Shown: positions 28,449 to 38,121, numbered from the stretch's first letter. The stretch is DNA of 64,000 nt from an uncultured delta proteobacterium (GCA_963713045.1 CAVQKE010000006.1:96001-160000); one strand, 5' to 3'. Numbers and translations are program-made. Notes: generated from the letters alone by a model not told the origin.

Positions 28449-29777
28449 ATGCGGAGGCCCCTGCCCAGCCGCCGCGCGGCACCGCCCTGGCTGGACCGTG
28501 CCCGGGCTGAGCTGACGCTGGCCCGCGAGCGCCTCCTGGCGCTCCTTGCCCCCGTCCCAGCCACGGAGCTGGTGCATCAGCACTCGGAGCTCATGTCTCC
28601 CCCCATCTGGGACGTCGCCCACATTGCCAATTACGAGGAGCAGTGGCTGGTGCGCGCTCTCGGCGGCCCCCGGCTCAGTCAGCCGGGCGTGGATGCCCTG
28701 TACGACGCCTTTCGCCACCCCCGGCGGAGCCGCGCCGCGTTGCCACTCCTCAGCGTCCAGGAGGCATTCCACTACGCCGCCCGGGTGCGCCAGGCTTCGC
28801 TCGAGCTGCTGGAAGCCGGGCCGGAGAGCAGCGCGGACGAGAGGCTATTGGCCGACGGTTTTGTCTACGGCATGGTGGCCCAGCATGAGCAGCAGCACAT
28901 CGAGACGCTGCTCGCGACGCTGCAACTGGTGACGCGCGTCACCCTTGAACCGCCAGACGCCGCCTTGCCGCCGCCACCGGCGCCCGACGCGGTCGAGCGC
29001 GGCGAAGTGCCGGTACCGGGTGGCACCACCACCCTCGGCTCGAACGAGGCCTGGGCCTATGACAACGAAAGGCCCGCCCACCGCCGCGAAGTCGCGCCCT
29101 TCTTCATCGACCGGACGCCCGTCACCAACCAAGAGTTTGCGCACTTCATCGAAGCCGGTGGCTACCGGAATGCTTCGCTGTGGAGTCGGCCCGGCTGGGA
29201 GCACCGGCTGGCCGCGGGACTCGAATCCCCAGCGTATTGGCGGCGGACGGGCGCTGCTTGGGAGCGGCGACGCTTCGGGCGATGGGAGCCCCTGCCGCCG
29301 GATGAGCCGGTGGTGCACGTCTGCTGGTACGAGGCGGACGCCTACGCGCGCTGGGCGCACCGGCGCCTTCCCACCGAGGCCGAATGGGAAACGGCTGCCC
29401 GCTGGGCACCGGAGGGGGTGGCGCGGAGCTGGCCGTGGGGTGAGGCACCTCCCGGCCCGGAACGCGCCAACCTTTGGCCCCGCGCCGCACGCCCGTGCCC
29501 CGTGGGGAGCTTCCCCGCCGGAGCGAGCGCCTCTGGGGCACTCGGCCTCGTGGGGGACGTCTGGGAATGGACCGCCTCGGACTTCCAGCCCTACCCGGGC
29601 TTCGAGGCCTTCCCTTACCCCGAATACTCCCAGGTCTTTTTCGGCAGCGGCTGTAAGGTGCTGCGCGGTGGCTCCTGGGCCGTTGCGCCGGTCGCGGCCC
29701 GGGCCACCTTCCGCAACTGGGACTTACCCGTCCGCCGACAAATATTTGCCGGCTTTCGCTGTGCCCGCGACGCCTGA
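28449..29777 (+). CDS. egtB: Ergothioneine sulfoxide synthase EgtB
   Basis: DinB-like WDVAHIA, QHEQQH metal motif, FGE-sulfatase domain (RLPTEAEWE, GDVWEWT, FAGFRCA); adjacent egtD. Confidence 0.88.
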   Translation: MRRPLPSRRAAPPWLDRARAELTLARERLLALLAPVPATELVHQHSELMSPPIWDVAHIANYEEQWLVRALGGPRLSQPGVDALYDAFRHPRRSRAALPLLSVQEAFHYAARVRQASLELLEAGPESSADERLLADGFVYGMVAQHEQQHIETLLATLQLVTRVTLEPPDAALPPPPAPDAVERGEVPVPGGTTTLGSNEAWAYDNERPAHRREVAPFFIDRTPVTNQEFAHFIEAGGYRNASLWSRPGWEHRLAAGLESPAYWRRTGAAWERRRFGRWEPLPPDEPVVHVCWYEADAYARWAHRRLPTEAEWETAARWAPEGVARSWPWGEAPPGPERANLWPRAARPCPVGSFPAGASASGALGLVGDVWEWTASDFQPYPGFEAFPYPEYSQVFFGSGCKVLRGGSWAVAPVAARATFRNWDLPVRRQIFAGFRCARDA

Positions 29778-29795
29778 GCCTTAAAGGACTGCCCC

Positions 29796-30809
29796 ATGCG
29801 CCTCGACTCGCTCGTCCGCCCCGACTCCCGTCGCGACCGCGCCGTTCGGGTGGAGGTGCACCTCAGTCCCTTGGACTTGGCCAGCGCCCTGGTGACCGAC
29901 GCCCGCGGTGGCCTCGGCACCCGGCCCCGCGAGCTTCCCCCCAAATGGTTTTACGACGAGCGCGGCTGCCGGCTTTTCGATGAAATTACCCGGCTGCCCG
30001 AGTACTACCCGACGCGCCGAGAGCGCGAGATTTTGCTCGCCCATGCCGGGGAGATTGCGCAGCGCACTGGCGCTCAGACGCTGGTGGAACTCGGCGCTGG
30101 AACTTCGGAGAAGACGCGGGTGCTCCTCTCGGCGCTCAAGGCCGAAGGCACGCTCGAACGCTTCGCCCCCTTTGATGTGAGCGAGCCGACGCTGCGGACG
30201 GCAGCGGCCGCCATCGCCGCCGACTACCCAGGGGTCAGCGTCCACGCGGTGGTGGGGGACTTCGAAAAGCACCTGGCGCACCTGCCCCGCGGTGGCGTGC
30301 GGCTGATTGCCTTCCTCGGTGGAACGCTGGGCAACCTCAAGCCGGAGGCCCGGGCACGCTTCCTGCGGCGTTTGGCCGAGCAGATGGACCCCTCGGATGC
30401 CCTGCTGCTGGGGACAGACCTGGTGAAGGACATTCCGCGACTGGAAGCGGCCTACAACGACCGGCAAGGCGTCACCGCAGAATTCAATCGCAACGTGTTG
30501 GCGGTGCTGAACCGCGAGCTGGGCGCAGACTTCGTCCTCGAGCGCTTCCAGCATCTCGCGCGCTACGACGCGCGGCAGGGGTGGATTGAAATGCTGCTTC
30601 GCTCCTCGGTGGCCCAGCACGTGGAGCTGCCGGGCTTGGCGCTGGGGGTGGACTTCGGCGCTGGGGAATTGCTGCGCACCGAAGTGAGCGCGAAATTTCA
30701 GCCCGACCAAGTCAAGGCTGAGCTGGCAGCGGCCGGCCTGACACAGACGGCCTTTTGGACCGACCGCTGGGGCGACTTCGGCCTCAGCCTCGCCGTCCCC
30801 GGCGCGTAG
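29796..30809 (+). CDS. egtD: Histidine N-alpha-methyltransferase EgtD
   Basis: PKWFYD, LPEYYPTRRE, ELGAG, AYND..GVTAEFN, TEVSAKF. Confidence 0.93.
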   Translation: MRLDSLVRPDSRRDRAVRVEVHLSPLDLASALVTDARGGLGTRPRELPPKWFYDERGCRLFDEITRLPEYYPTRREREILLAHAGEIAQRTGAQTLVELGAGTSEKTRVLLSALKAEGTLERFAPFDVSEPTLRTAAAAIAADYPGVSVHAVVGDFEKHLAHLPRGGVRLIAFLGGTLGNLKPEARARFLRRLAEQMDPSDALLLGTDLVKDIPRLEAAYNDRQGVTAEFNRNVLAVLNRELGADFVLERFQHLARYDARQGWIEMLLRSSVAQHVELPGLALGVDFGAGELLRTEVSAKFQPDQVKAELAAAGLTQTAFWTDRWGDFGLSLAVPGA

Positions 30810-30828
30810 GCAGCGCCGGCCCGTGGCT

Positions 30829-31353
30829 TCAGCGGACCGGCGCGGCGCCAGCCGCCTGGCACGCCGTCTGCGCCGCGTCCAGCTCCTGATGCGTCGCGCC
30901 GCGGAGACTCGCGCACAACAGCGTGTCCTCCCCAAGCGTCGTGGCCGCCAGCAGGGCCTCGGTCTCGGACGTTCCGGCATCCGGCTCGGCGAGGACGAAG
31001 CGCAGCGCGATGAAGCCCGGTGCCTCGGTCACGCTCTCGGAGCGCTCCCGCAGGTGGCGCAGGCCGCCGAGAAAGCCGGTGCGCAGCGTGTCGGCAGTCG
31101 GCAGCCCGAGGCCCCGCTGCACCTCGGCCCGCAGCACCGGCTGCCCCCGCGGACTTGAGGCGCGGACCACGCCGTCCGGACCGGCGGTGACTGCCCAGCT
31201 CCCTGGAAGGTTGAGGGTAATTTGCGGCGGCGTCGCGACGCGGGCCACCGCGCCGGCATCCACCAGCGGGACCACCGAGGGCCTCGGACGGCAGGCGAGG
31301 CACGCCAGTGCCAGCAGGAGTGCAGCCAACGGCGCTGGGCGAAAGGCTGCCAC
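30829..31353 (-). CDS. Putative lipoprotein downstream of bacM
   Basis: LAALLLALACLAC lipobox-like; start uncertain. Confidence 0.55.
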   Translation of the reverse strand: MAAFRPAPLAALLLALACLACRPRPSVVPLVDAGAVARVATPPQITLNLPGSWAVTAGPDGVVRASSPRGQPVLRAEVQRGLGLPTADTLRTGFLGGLRHLRERSESVTEAPGFIALRFVLAEPDAGTSETEALLAATTLGEDTLLCASLRGATHQELDAAQTACQAAGAAPVR

Positions 31354-31372
31354 CCGGGGAGTCCCCAGAGGA

Positions 31373-31801
31373 CTAGCGCCGCGGGAGCTCGGGCGGCGAG
31401 CCGGGCGCGAGCGTGGGCGTGGGCGCGCCCGTCTTGCCGGCACCCTCCATCTTGCAGGTGCCCTCAAACATCACGCCCTTGTCCATCGACAGCGAGGGCG
31501 CTTCGAGGTTGCCCTTCATCCGTCCGGGGGGATGCAACTCAATCAGCTGCGTGGCACGGACGTTTCCCTCCACCGCGCCGTTGATGATGACGGTGCCGGC
31601 GCTGATTTCAGCGTTGACCCGGGCGCCCTCGCCGATGACGAGCGTGTCCTTGGTAAAAATTTGGCCGGAGAACTTCCCGTCGATGCGGACCTGCCCCTCG
31701 AAGGTCAGCTTCCCTTCGAATTCGCTCCCCTTGCCAAGCAAGGTGTGGACGTCACCGCCGCGAACCACCACGTTTTCCTCCTCACGCTTGAGCACCGGCA
31801 T
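31373..31801 (-). CDS. bacM: Bactofilin BacM
   Basis: VHTLLGKGSEFEGKLTFEGQVRIDG... bactofilin domain directly after parB; alternative in-frame starts at 31861, 31801 and 31771. Confidence 0.88.
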   Translation of the reverse strand: MPVLKREEENVVVRGGDVHTLLGKGSEFEGKLTFEGQVRIDGKFSGQIFTKDTLVIGEGARVNAEISAGTVIINGAVEGNVRATQLIELHPPGRMKGNLEAPSLSMDKGVMFEGTCKMEGAGKTGAPTPTLAPGSPPELPRR

Positions 31802-31857
31802 CGTCCTGTCGTCCCGCTCATCTCTGTCACCCACCCCTTCCCGGGATGGGAAGCGGT

Positions 31858-32754
31858 TCACCGGCGCAGGATGCGAACAATACGCTCCAGGTCTTCATAC
31901 GAGAAGAAGTCGACGGTGAGGCTTCCCGCCCCACCGCGGTCCTCAAGGTGCACCTTGGTGCCAAGGACCCGTTGCAGCTCCTCCACCAGGGCACGCGCAG
32001 CGACCGTTGGGGAATGCTTTCGCCGCGCGCCGGCCTTGGCCGCCCGGCGCCGATGGGCCTGCGCGAGTCGCTCCGTCTCGCGCACCGAGAGGCCAGCCGA
32101 GACGACACGCTCGGCCAAGGCCACCCGTTCGGCCTCGGCCGCACCCAGCACGGCACGCGCATGCCCCATGCCGAGCGCTCCCGAGCTGACCAGGGCCTTC
32201 ACTGCCTCTGGCAACGCCAGCAGCCGCAGCGCATTGGCCACCGTGGAGCGCTCCTTGCCGACACGGACACTCACTTCCTCCTGTGTCAGGCCGAATTCGT
32301 CCACCAGCCGCCGGTAGCCCTCCGCCTCCTCGATGGGGTTGAGGTCCGTCCGCTGCAGGTTTTCCACGAGGGCGAGGCCGAAGGCCTCGGCCTGCGTGAC
32401 GTCCCGAACGATGGCTGGAATTTCAAGCAGCCCAGCCAGCTGGGCCGCCCGCCAGCGCCGCTCTCCGGCGATGAGTTGAAACCCCGACCCGTCGCGGCGG
32501 ACCAGCACCGGTTGGAGGATGCCCTCGGCTTGGATGGAATCCGCCAGCGCGCGGAGGCTGGCCGTCTCGAAGTGCTTGCGCGGCTGACGCGGGTCCCGGG
32601 CGATGCGCTCCACCGGAAGCCGGAGGACGCCGGGCCCGGGGTCGCCGGTGAGTGGAGCAGCCTCCGCCTGGGGGATGAGCGCCGACAGGCCTCGGCCCAG
32701 CGCGCGCTTCACAGGCCGGTCAGACGGGGTATTCACCGGTGCGGTGGGGGCCAT
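31858..32754 (-). CDS. parB: Chromosome partition protein ParB
   Basis: ALGRGLSAL, QPRKHF, GERRWRA, ENLQR, HTH. Confidence 0.96.
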   Translation of the reverse strand: MAPTAPVNTPSDRPVKRALGRGLSALIPQAEAAPLTGDPGPGVLRLPVERIARDPRQPRKHFETASLRALADSIQAEGILQPVLVRRDGSGFQLIAGERRWRAAQLAGLLEIPAIVRDVTQAEAFGLALVENLQRTDLNPIEEAEGYRRLVDEFGLTQEEVSVRVGKERSTVANALRLLALPEAVKALVSSGALGMGHARAVLGAAEAERVALAERVVSAGLSVRETERLAQAHRRRAAKAGARRKHSPTVAARALVEELQRVLGTKVHLEDRGGAGSLTVDFFSYEDLERIVRILRR

Positions 32755-32755
32755 G

Positions 32756-33544
32756 TCAAGCGGCATGCGGGACGGTGGGGCCGGCCCCCCGGCGCAGAAT
32801 CTCCTGCCCCAGCGCGAGGTAGCTTTCGCAGCCCTTGGATTTGATGTCGTAGAGGAGAATCGGTTTGCCGAAGCTGGGGCACTCGGACAGCCGGACGTTG
32901 CGCGGGACAACCGCCGAGAAAACCAGCTCCTTGAAGTAACCGCGCACGTCGTCGGCCACCTGGTGGGCGATGTTCGCCCGGACGTCGAACATGGTGAGCA
33001 GGATGCCTTCGGTGGCCAGGCCCGGGTTGAGGCCTCGCTTCACCAACTCCACGGTGTGCATCAGCTGCGAAAGGCCCTCCAGGGCGAAGTATTCGCACTG
33101 CAGCGGGATGAGGACGGAGTCGGCAGCGGTGAGTGCGTTGAGGGTCAACAGCCCGAGCGAAGGCGGGCAGTCGATGAGGACGTAGTCGTACTCCGCAGCC
33201 AGAGGTCGAAGCGCATCCCGAAGGCGGTACTCGCGCCGGTCCAGGCCCACCAGCTCCACTTCCGCGCCAGTCAAGTCGGGCGTCGAGGGGATGGCCGACA
33301 GGAAGCGCAGTTCGGTGCTGTGCACCAACTCCTTCATGGGACGTCCAGCCAGCAAAGCCTCGTACACCGTGCCGTGCAGAGTGTCCCGCTTCAGTCCCAG
33401 CCCGCTGCCGGCGTTGCCCTGCGGGTCCATGTCGACCAGAAGGGTGCGCTGCTCGGATGCCGCCAGGCTGGCCGCCAGGTTGATGGCGGTCGTTGTCTTG
33501 CCGACCCCGCCCTTCTGGTTGGAGATGCAGATGACGCGGCCCAT
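32756..33544 (-). CDS. parA: Chromosome partition ATPase ParA/Soj
   Basis: NQKGGVGKTT, DMDPQGN, IDCPPSLG. Confidence 0.96.
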   Translation of the reverse strand: MGRVICISNQKGGVGKTTTAINLAASLAASEQRTLLVDMDPQGNAGSGLGLKRDTLHGTVYEALLAGRPMKELVHSTELRFLSAIPSTPDLTGAEVELVGLDRREYRLRDALRPLAAEYDYVLIDCPPSLGLLTLNALTAADSVLIPLQCEYFALEGLSQLMHTVELVKRGLNPGLATEGILLTMFDVRANIAHQVADDVRGYFKELVFSAVVPRNVRLSECPSFGKPILLYDIKSKGCESYLALGQEILRRGAGPTVPHAA

Positions 33545-33624
33545 GCCCCGATGACTCCCTTCCAACTCCAGTGACGCTGGATGCGGGTGGTAGCACGCTC
33601 GGATGACAGGGAGAATTTCTGGGG

Positions 33625-33640
33625 TGTTCCACGTGGAACA
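33625..33640. other. parS site 1
   Basis: Perfect palindrome TGTTCCACGTGGAACA (extends to GGG...CCC, 33622-33643). Confidence 0.92.
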
Positions 33641-33661
33641 CCCTGGGGTGGGGGCTGGCTT

Positions 33662-34312
33662 TCAGCCTTCTTCCGGAGGCTTGCGGTAGGCGAGCACGGT
33701 GCGGCCGGCCCCCGACGGCAGCGTGAGGCGATGGACGTCGGGCGGGCCCCATCCGGCCAGCGCTGGCACTTCAAAGCCGCCCCCAGCCATGGCGAGCAGC
33801 TGACCGCCCGGACGGAGGTACAGCCCCCCCAAGGCAACCCATCGGGGCACGTCGCGGAAGGCGCGCGAAACGACAGCGTCCATGGGAGGCAGGCCCTCCT
33901 CGGCGGGCACTCCCTTCAACGTTGCGTGCACCGCCCGGACCCGAGGCGCCAGGCCGAGCCCCGCCACCGCATGCTTCAAAAAGCCGACCTTCTTGGCCAC
34001 GGAGTCGACCAGCCAAACCCGAAGCTCGGGCCGCAGAAGCGCCAACGGAAGGCCCGGGAAGCCGGCGCCCGTCCCAACATCGAGAAGGCTTTGCGACTCC
34101 GCAGCCAGGACCGGAACCAAGGCGAGCGAATCCAAAATGTGCTTGTCGAGAACGTCATTCGGATGCACGATGGCCGTCAGGTTCACCTTCGCGTTCCAGC
34201 GCAGCAGTTCGCTCCCCAGCCAGAACAGCGCCTCGGCGGCGTCCAGCGGGACCTGGACACCCAGCGAGGTAGCACCCAAGCGAAGCCGCTCCAGAAATTC
34301 CGGCTTATCCAC
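33662..34312 (-). CDS. rsmG: 16S rRNA m7G527 methyltransferase RsmG
   Basis: WNAKVNLTAI, HILDSL, DVGTGAGFPG, VSRAF; GTG start. Confidence 0.93.
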   Translation of the reverse strand: MDKPEFLERLRLGATSLGVQVPLDAAEALFWLGSELLRWNAKVNLTAIVHPNDVLDKHILDSLALVPVLAAESQSLLDVGTGAGFPGLPLALLRPELRVWLVDSVAKKVGFLKHAVAGLGLAPRVRAVHATLKGVPAEEGLPPMDAVVSRAFRDVPRWVALGGLYLRPGGQLLAMAGGGFEVPALAGWGPPDVHRLTLPSGAGRTVLAYRKPPEEG

Positions 34313-34396
34313 AAGTGGGCCGAAAATGGGTCCCCCCAAGTGCCTGTAACCATGGGGAATGTGCCGGTTTGGGGGGTTTCCCCCACTTTCTCCACA
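34305..34396 (+). promoter_or_regulatory. DnaA boxes upstream of / overlapping the rsmG start
   Basis: Perfect TTATCCACA at 34305-34313; TTCTCCACA at 34388-34396. Confidence 0.55.
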
Positions 34397-34459
34397 ATTC
34401 GGGCGGGTGGCGTTCCCTCTGGCTGCTGCAGGACGCTGCAGGCGTCGGCCTCGGAAACA

Positions 34460-34475
34460 TGTTCCACGTGGAACA
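34460..34475. other. parS site 2
   Basis: Perfect palindrome TGTTCCACGTGGAACA. Confidence 0.92.
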
Positions 34476-34491
34476 CCCCAGCGGAAGTCTG

Positions 34492-34701
34492 TCAGGGCGC
34501 GCCACGGGCGGCGGCCTCCACTTCGGAGCGATGTTCTTCGATGTAGCGCTCGACGGCTTCATCGTCGAGTTCAAGGTCTCTCAAGACGCCGGGGTAGATG
34601 CCGCTGAAGGCCGGGGAGTCCTCGGCACCGCGGAGGCGGAAGCTCATCTTGAGTACGGCCGCGCCGAAGAGGCGGTCCTTCAGCGGCTTGCCCTTCCCCA
34701 T
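34492..34701 (-). CDS. Small hypothetical protein (69 aa)
   Basis: GGAGG SD, ATG, GC3-biased codons, follows jag-like gene. Confidence 0.65.
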   Translation of the reverse strand: MGKGKPLKDRLFGAAVLKMSFRLRGAEDSPAFSGIYPGVLRDLELDDEAVERYIEEHRSEVEAAARGAP

Positions 34702-34712
34702 GGTGGCCTCCC

Positions 34713-35444
34713 TCAGCCGCCGGACTCGTCGCTGCCTCCCCCCTCATCGACGTCCACGCCCAGCGGGTGTGTCTTACGCGGCATCGGCATCGGCCGGTCC
34801 GGCGTCAGCACCAGCCGGCGCAGCCGGCCTTCCCCTTCCAGCACCGGGCGGACGCCGGCGACAGTCGAGACGGCGCGCACCATCCTGGCACGGTCCTCGG
34901 CCGAGAGCGCCACGACGCCGTAGAAGCGGCCGGTGGTGGCCGAGGCTTCGGCCAGGGCGCGGGCCGCGCGCGTCAACTCGATGTCCTCGGTGACCTCCAC
35001 GGCCTCCTCAGGAAGCGCGCTGCGGCGCGGGGCGGGCGGCCTGTCCACTGCCGCAGGCGCCGCCTCCGCTGGGACCGGACGGGGGGCCATCGGTGGCCGA
35101 AGGCCCTGGGCGGTACCGGGCGGACTGCGGGGCGGACGCGGCCCTCGGGGCGGCGGATGCTCTCCCACGCCCAACGACACCCAGCGGCGTTCGCTTCCAG
35201 GGCGGTGGGTCAGCTTGTTCACCAGAAATTGAAGTGCGTCGACGAAGGTGCCCCGCCGCCCCAGCATCACCCCCGGCAGCTCGACGCCCAACTGCAGCGC
35301 AATGCTGATGCTTCCGTCGGCGGTGTCCTTGACGTCCAGCGTCGCCGGCACGTCGGCCAGGCGGAGCAACTCCCGAAGGACCGCGGCTGCTTCCGCCGGA
35401 CGGTCGGGCGGCAAGGGCCCAGCGCCTTCCACCGGTTCAGTCAC
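34713..35444 (-). CDS. Divergent Jag/EloR-like KH-R3H protein
   Basis: LGRRGTFVDALQFLVN (KH-like) and LSAEDRARM...GEGRLRRLV (R3H-like); GTGA overlap with yidC. Confidence 0.7.
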   Translation of the reverse strand: MTEPVEGAGPLPPDRPAEAAAVLRELLRLADVPATLDVKDTADGSISIALQLGVELPGVMLGRRGTFVDALQFLVNKLTHRPGSERRWVSLGVGEHPPPRGPRPPRSPPGTAQGLRPPMAPRPVPAEAAPAAVDRPPAPRRSALPEEAVEVTEDIELTRAARALAEASATTGRFYGVVALSAEDRARMVRAVSTVAGVRPVLEGEGRLRRLVLTPDRPMPMPRKTHPLGVDVDEGGGSDESGG

Positions 35445-37168
35445 TTCGGCTTCTCCGCGGGCCGTGTCTGGACCCACCGCTTGAGGCTGTAGGTCTGGGC
35501 CACTGTCAGTACGTTGTTGGTGAAGATGTAGAGCAACAGTCCGGCCGGGTAATTCAACATGATGCCCGTGAAGAAGATGGGCATAAACCAAACCATGATG
35601 CGCTGCTGGGCAGCATCCACCGCCATCGGCTGAAGCAGTCCTGTGACAATCTGCGACAGCCCGAGCAGCACCGGGAGGATGTAGGTGGGGTCCTTGAAGG
35701 TGAGGTCCGGGAGGAAGTGGTGGAGGAAGGGCTCCCGGTAAATCTCAAAGCTGTTGCGCAGGGTGGTGAAGAGGGCAGCCCAAATGGGCAGCTGCACCAG
35801 CAGCATCAGGCAGCTGCCAAAGGGGTTGACGCCCGCCTCCTGGTAGACGCGCATCGTCTCCTGCTGCTGCTTCTCTTTGTCATCTTTGAATTTCGTCTTG
35901 AGCGCTTCCAGCTTGGGCTGCAGCTTCTTCATCTTCTCCTGGCTCATCATCATCCGGTGCGTCAGCGGCAGCAGCATCACCTTGACGACCACCGTCAGCA
36001 GGATGATGGCCACTCCCCAGTTCCCCACCACCCCGTGGAAGACGCGCAACACCACCAGCATCAGCTTGCAGATGACGGCCCAGATGCCGAAGTCCACGGC
36101 GCGCTCCAGCCGAGGCGACCAGGCGTTGGGACCGCGGTTGGAAGGCAGCGAGGGGACCGAGGCCAGCACTTCGCTGTCCTTGGGCCCCACGAAGGCACCA
36201 AAACTCTGCGTCACCGTCTCCCCGGGCGGCACCTGCACCGGGAACCACACGGTGGCCTCGCGCGCGACGGGGCTGGCTGCCAGCACGCAGCGGCCCTCGC
36301 GAGGGGTCCCCACCGAGAAGACGGCGGACAGAAAATATTGCTGGTTGACACCGGTCCATGAGACCGCCCCTGGGTATTGCTTCGTCTCGGGCTTGTCCGA
36401 AGGCGAAAGCTTCTGAAACGAGTCCTTCACCAGACAGGCGGCGTCGGACAGGTTGCCGACGCCGCCAAACATGCTCGGCTTTTCCTCCTGGGCCGGGTCA
36501 ATGGCTCGCACTTCATGAAGGCCGAGCTCCCCGGTGAGAGGTTGGCCGGTCAAATTCCTTAAGGACACGCTGACGTTCATCTCGAAGCCGTCCGGACTCC
36601 AGGTGAAGCGCTTGGTGACTTCCCAGGCGGCGGTGCGGCCGACGAAGGTGACTTGGTCCGGCCCTTCGCTGGCGACGGCGTAGCGAAGGTCGGCCGCGAT
36701 GGGCGCCGGGCCGGAGAGAGAAACGGACAGTGGCAGGGGACGACCCACCACCGGCTCGGCAAGGTTCATCTGCGGGGCGGGCGGCACTTCCTTACCGAAG
36801 AGCAAGGCGAAGCCCTCCGGAATGGAGAGGTGGCTGACCTCACGCATTTTCGGACCCTGCAGTTCGGCCGAGGTGAGCCCGGCACCTTCCGTCGACAGAG
36901 AGAAGTGCACCTGGGCGCGCTGGACGTGCAGGGTTCGGGAAGGCACTTCGCTCGAGGTCGGGGCGGCGGAAGTCGGGCCAGGCGCGGCAAGGGGTGTCGT
37001 CGGGGCCACGAAGGGGGCGGCCACGGCCGGGGGCGGGCCAGCGTCCGGGGACAAGGCTTCCGGCTTGGAGGCGCCCGGGCCGCCTCCCGTCACCAGCATG
37101 TAAAGGGCAGTGAGGGCGAAGCTGGCCAGCAGCGCCAGCATCAGTCGCTTCTGCGAGTCATTCTCCAC
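35441..37168 (-). CDS. yidC: Membrane protein insertase YidC
   Basis: DFG.W, GNWGVAIILLT, NPFGSC, DPTYILP. Confidence 0.96.
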   Translation of the reverse strand: MENDSQKRLMLALLASFALTALYMLVTGGGPGASKPEALSPDAGPPPAVAAPFVAPTTPLAAPGPTSAAPTSSEVPSRTLHVQRAQVHFSLSTEGAGLTSAELQGPKMREVSHLSIPEGFALLFGKEVPPAPQMNLAEPVVGRPLPLSVSLSGPAPIAADLRYAVASEGPDQVTFVGRTAAWEVTKRFTWSPDGFEMNVSVSLRNLTGQPLTGELGLHEVRAIDPAQEEKPSMFGGVGNLSDAACLVKDSFQKLSPSDKPETKQYPGAVSWTGVNQQYFLSAVFSVGTPREGRCVLAASPVAREATVWFPVQVPPGETVTQSFGAFVGPKDSEVLASVPSLPSNRGPNAWSPRLERAVDFGIWAVICKLMLVVLRVFHGVVGNWGVAIILLTVVVKVMLLPLTHRMMMSQEKMKKLQPKLEALKTKFKDDKEKQQQETMRVYQEAGVNPFGSCLMLLVQLPIWAALFTTLRNSFEIYREPFLHHFLPDLTFKDPTYILPVLLGLSQIVTGLLQPMAVDAAQQRIMVWFMPIFFTGIMLNYPAGLLLYIFTNNVLTVAQTYSLKRWVQTRPAEKPK

Positions 37169-37174
37169 GTCGGT

Positions 37175-37411
37175 TCAAGTCCTTCCCGCGGCGGGCGGCA
37201 CCAAATCCACGCCGCCTGGGTTGAAGGGATGGCAGCGGCTCAGCCGGCCCAGCGCCAGCCAGCCACCACGAAAGGGCCCGTGCGTGCGCAGCGCCTGCAG
37301 CGCATAGGCGGAGCACGAGGGGTAAAACCGACAGGCGGGCGGCAAAAGCGGCGACAGAAGCCACCGGTACAGGTGGATGGGCACCGCCAACAGGAAGCTG
37401 AGGAGTCTCAA
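37175..37411 (-). CDS. yidD: Membrane protein insertion efficiency factor YidD
   Basis: [15 protein letters not shown]. Confidence 0.93.
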   Translation of the reverse strand: MRLLSFLLAVPIHLYRWLLSPLLPPACRFYPSCSAYALQALRTHGPFRGGWLALGRLSRCHPFNPGGVDLVPPAAGRT

Positions 37412-37770
37412 CGCGAGGCCCTCTCTAACGTCGCCAGCAGCGTGGTGAAGGCCGCCGCCAATTCCCGGCCGGAGGCTTCGCGGGCAGACGGCCGAGCGAT
37501 GACCACCAACTCCACCGGCGGGCAGCTCGCCCGGCGGCGCCGAAACACCTCGCGTAAGTGGCGTTTGACCCGCGCCCGGACGACGGCGTTGCCCACCTTG
37601 CTGGAGACGGTGAGGCCAAGTCGCGCGGTCCGGCCCGCCGCCGGCAAAACCAGTGCGACCAGCGGACCTGCCGACAGCTTCTTGCCCCGCTGCTGCACTC
37701 GGAGGAAGTCGACGCGCTTGCGGATGCGCGCCGTGCGGGGAAAGCCCTCCGCGGCACCAGCGCGGGCCAT
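37408..37770 (-). CDS. rnpA: RNase P protein
   Basis: [21 protein letters not shown]. Confidence 0.93.
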   Translation of the reverse strand: MARAGAAEGFPRTARIRKRVDFLRVQQRGKKLSAGPLVALVLPAAGRTARLGLTVSSKVGNAVVRARVKRHLREVFRRRRASCPPVELVVIARPSAREASGRELAAAFTTLLATLERASR

Positions 37771-37788
37771 GGACGTACCGACCCCGGA

Positions 37789-37941
37789 CTACTTCTTTGG
37801 CGCGGAGGCGGCCAACCGCTTCCGCCCCTTCGCGCGGCGGCGCTTGAGCACCGCGCGACCGGCCTTGGTGGAATTGCGCTTGCGGAAACCGTGGGTCCGG
37901 TTCCTGCGCAGCTTGGAGGGCTGGTAGGTACGCTTGGGCAA
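37789..37941 (-). CDS. rpmH: 50S ribosomal protein L34
   Basis: KRTYQPS...THGFRKR...[13 protein letters not shown] start. Confidence 0.95.
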   Translation of the reverse strand: MPKRTYQPSKLRRNRTHGFRKRNSTKAGRAVLKRRRAKGRKRLAASAPKK

Positions 37942-38121
37942 GGGTCTGATCCGTCCCTTCGGGAGGCGGCGCGCCTTAACGCAAAGCAGTGCGGCCGTCA
38001 ACGAGGCCCGGGCGGAATCCAAGGTGCCTCTTGGGGCGCTTTCAGTTTTTTTCTCGCCCCGTCGGCTTCAGGCGATCGTACAACTGCCGGCCCCGCCCAC
38101 CGGTCCCGAGGCCCCATTCCC

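Noticed and set aside
28449..29777. Selenoneine synthase SenA or ovothiol synthase OvoA
   Set aside because: No SenB/SelD neighbours and no C-terminal methyltransferase; adjacent egtD supports EgtB.
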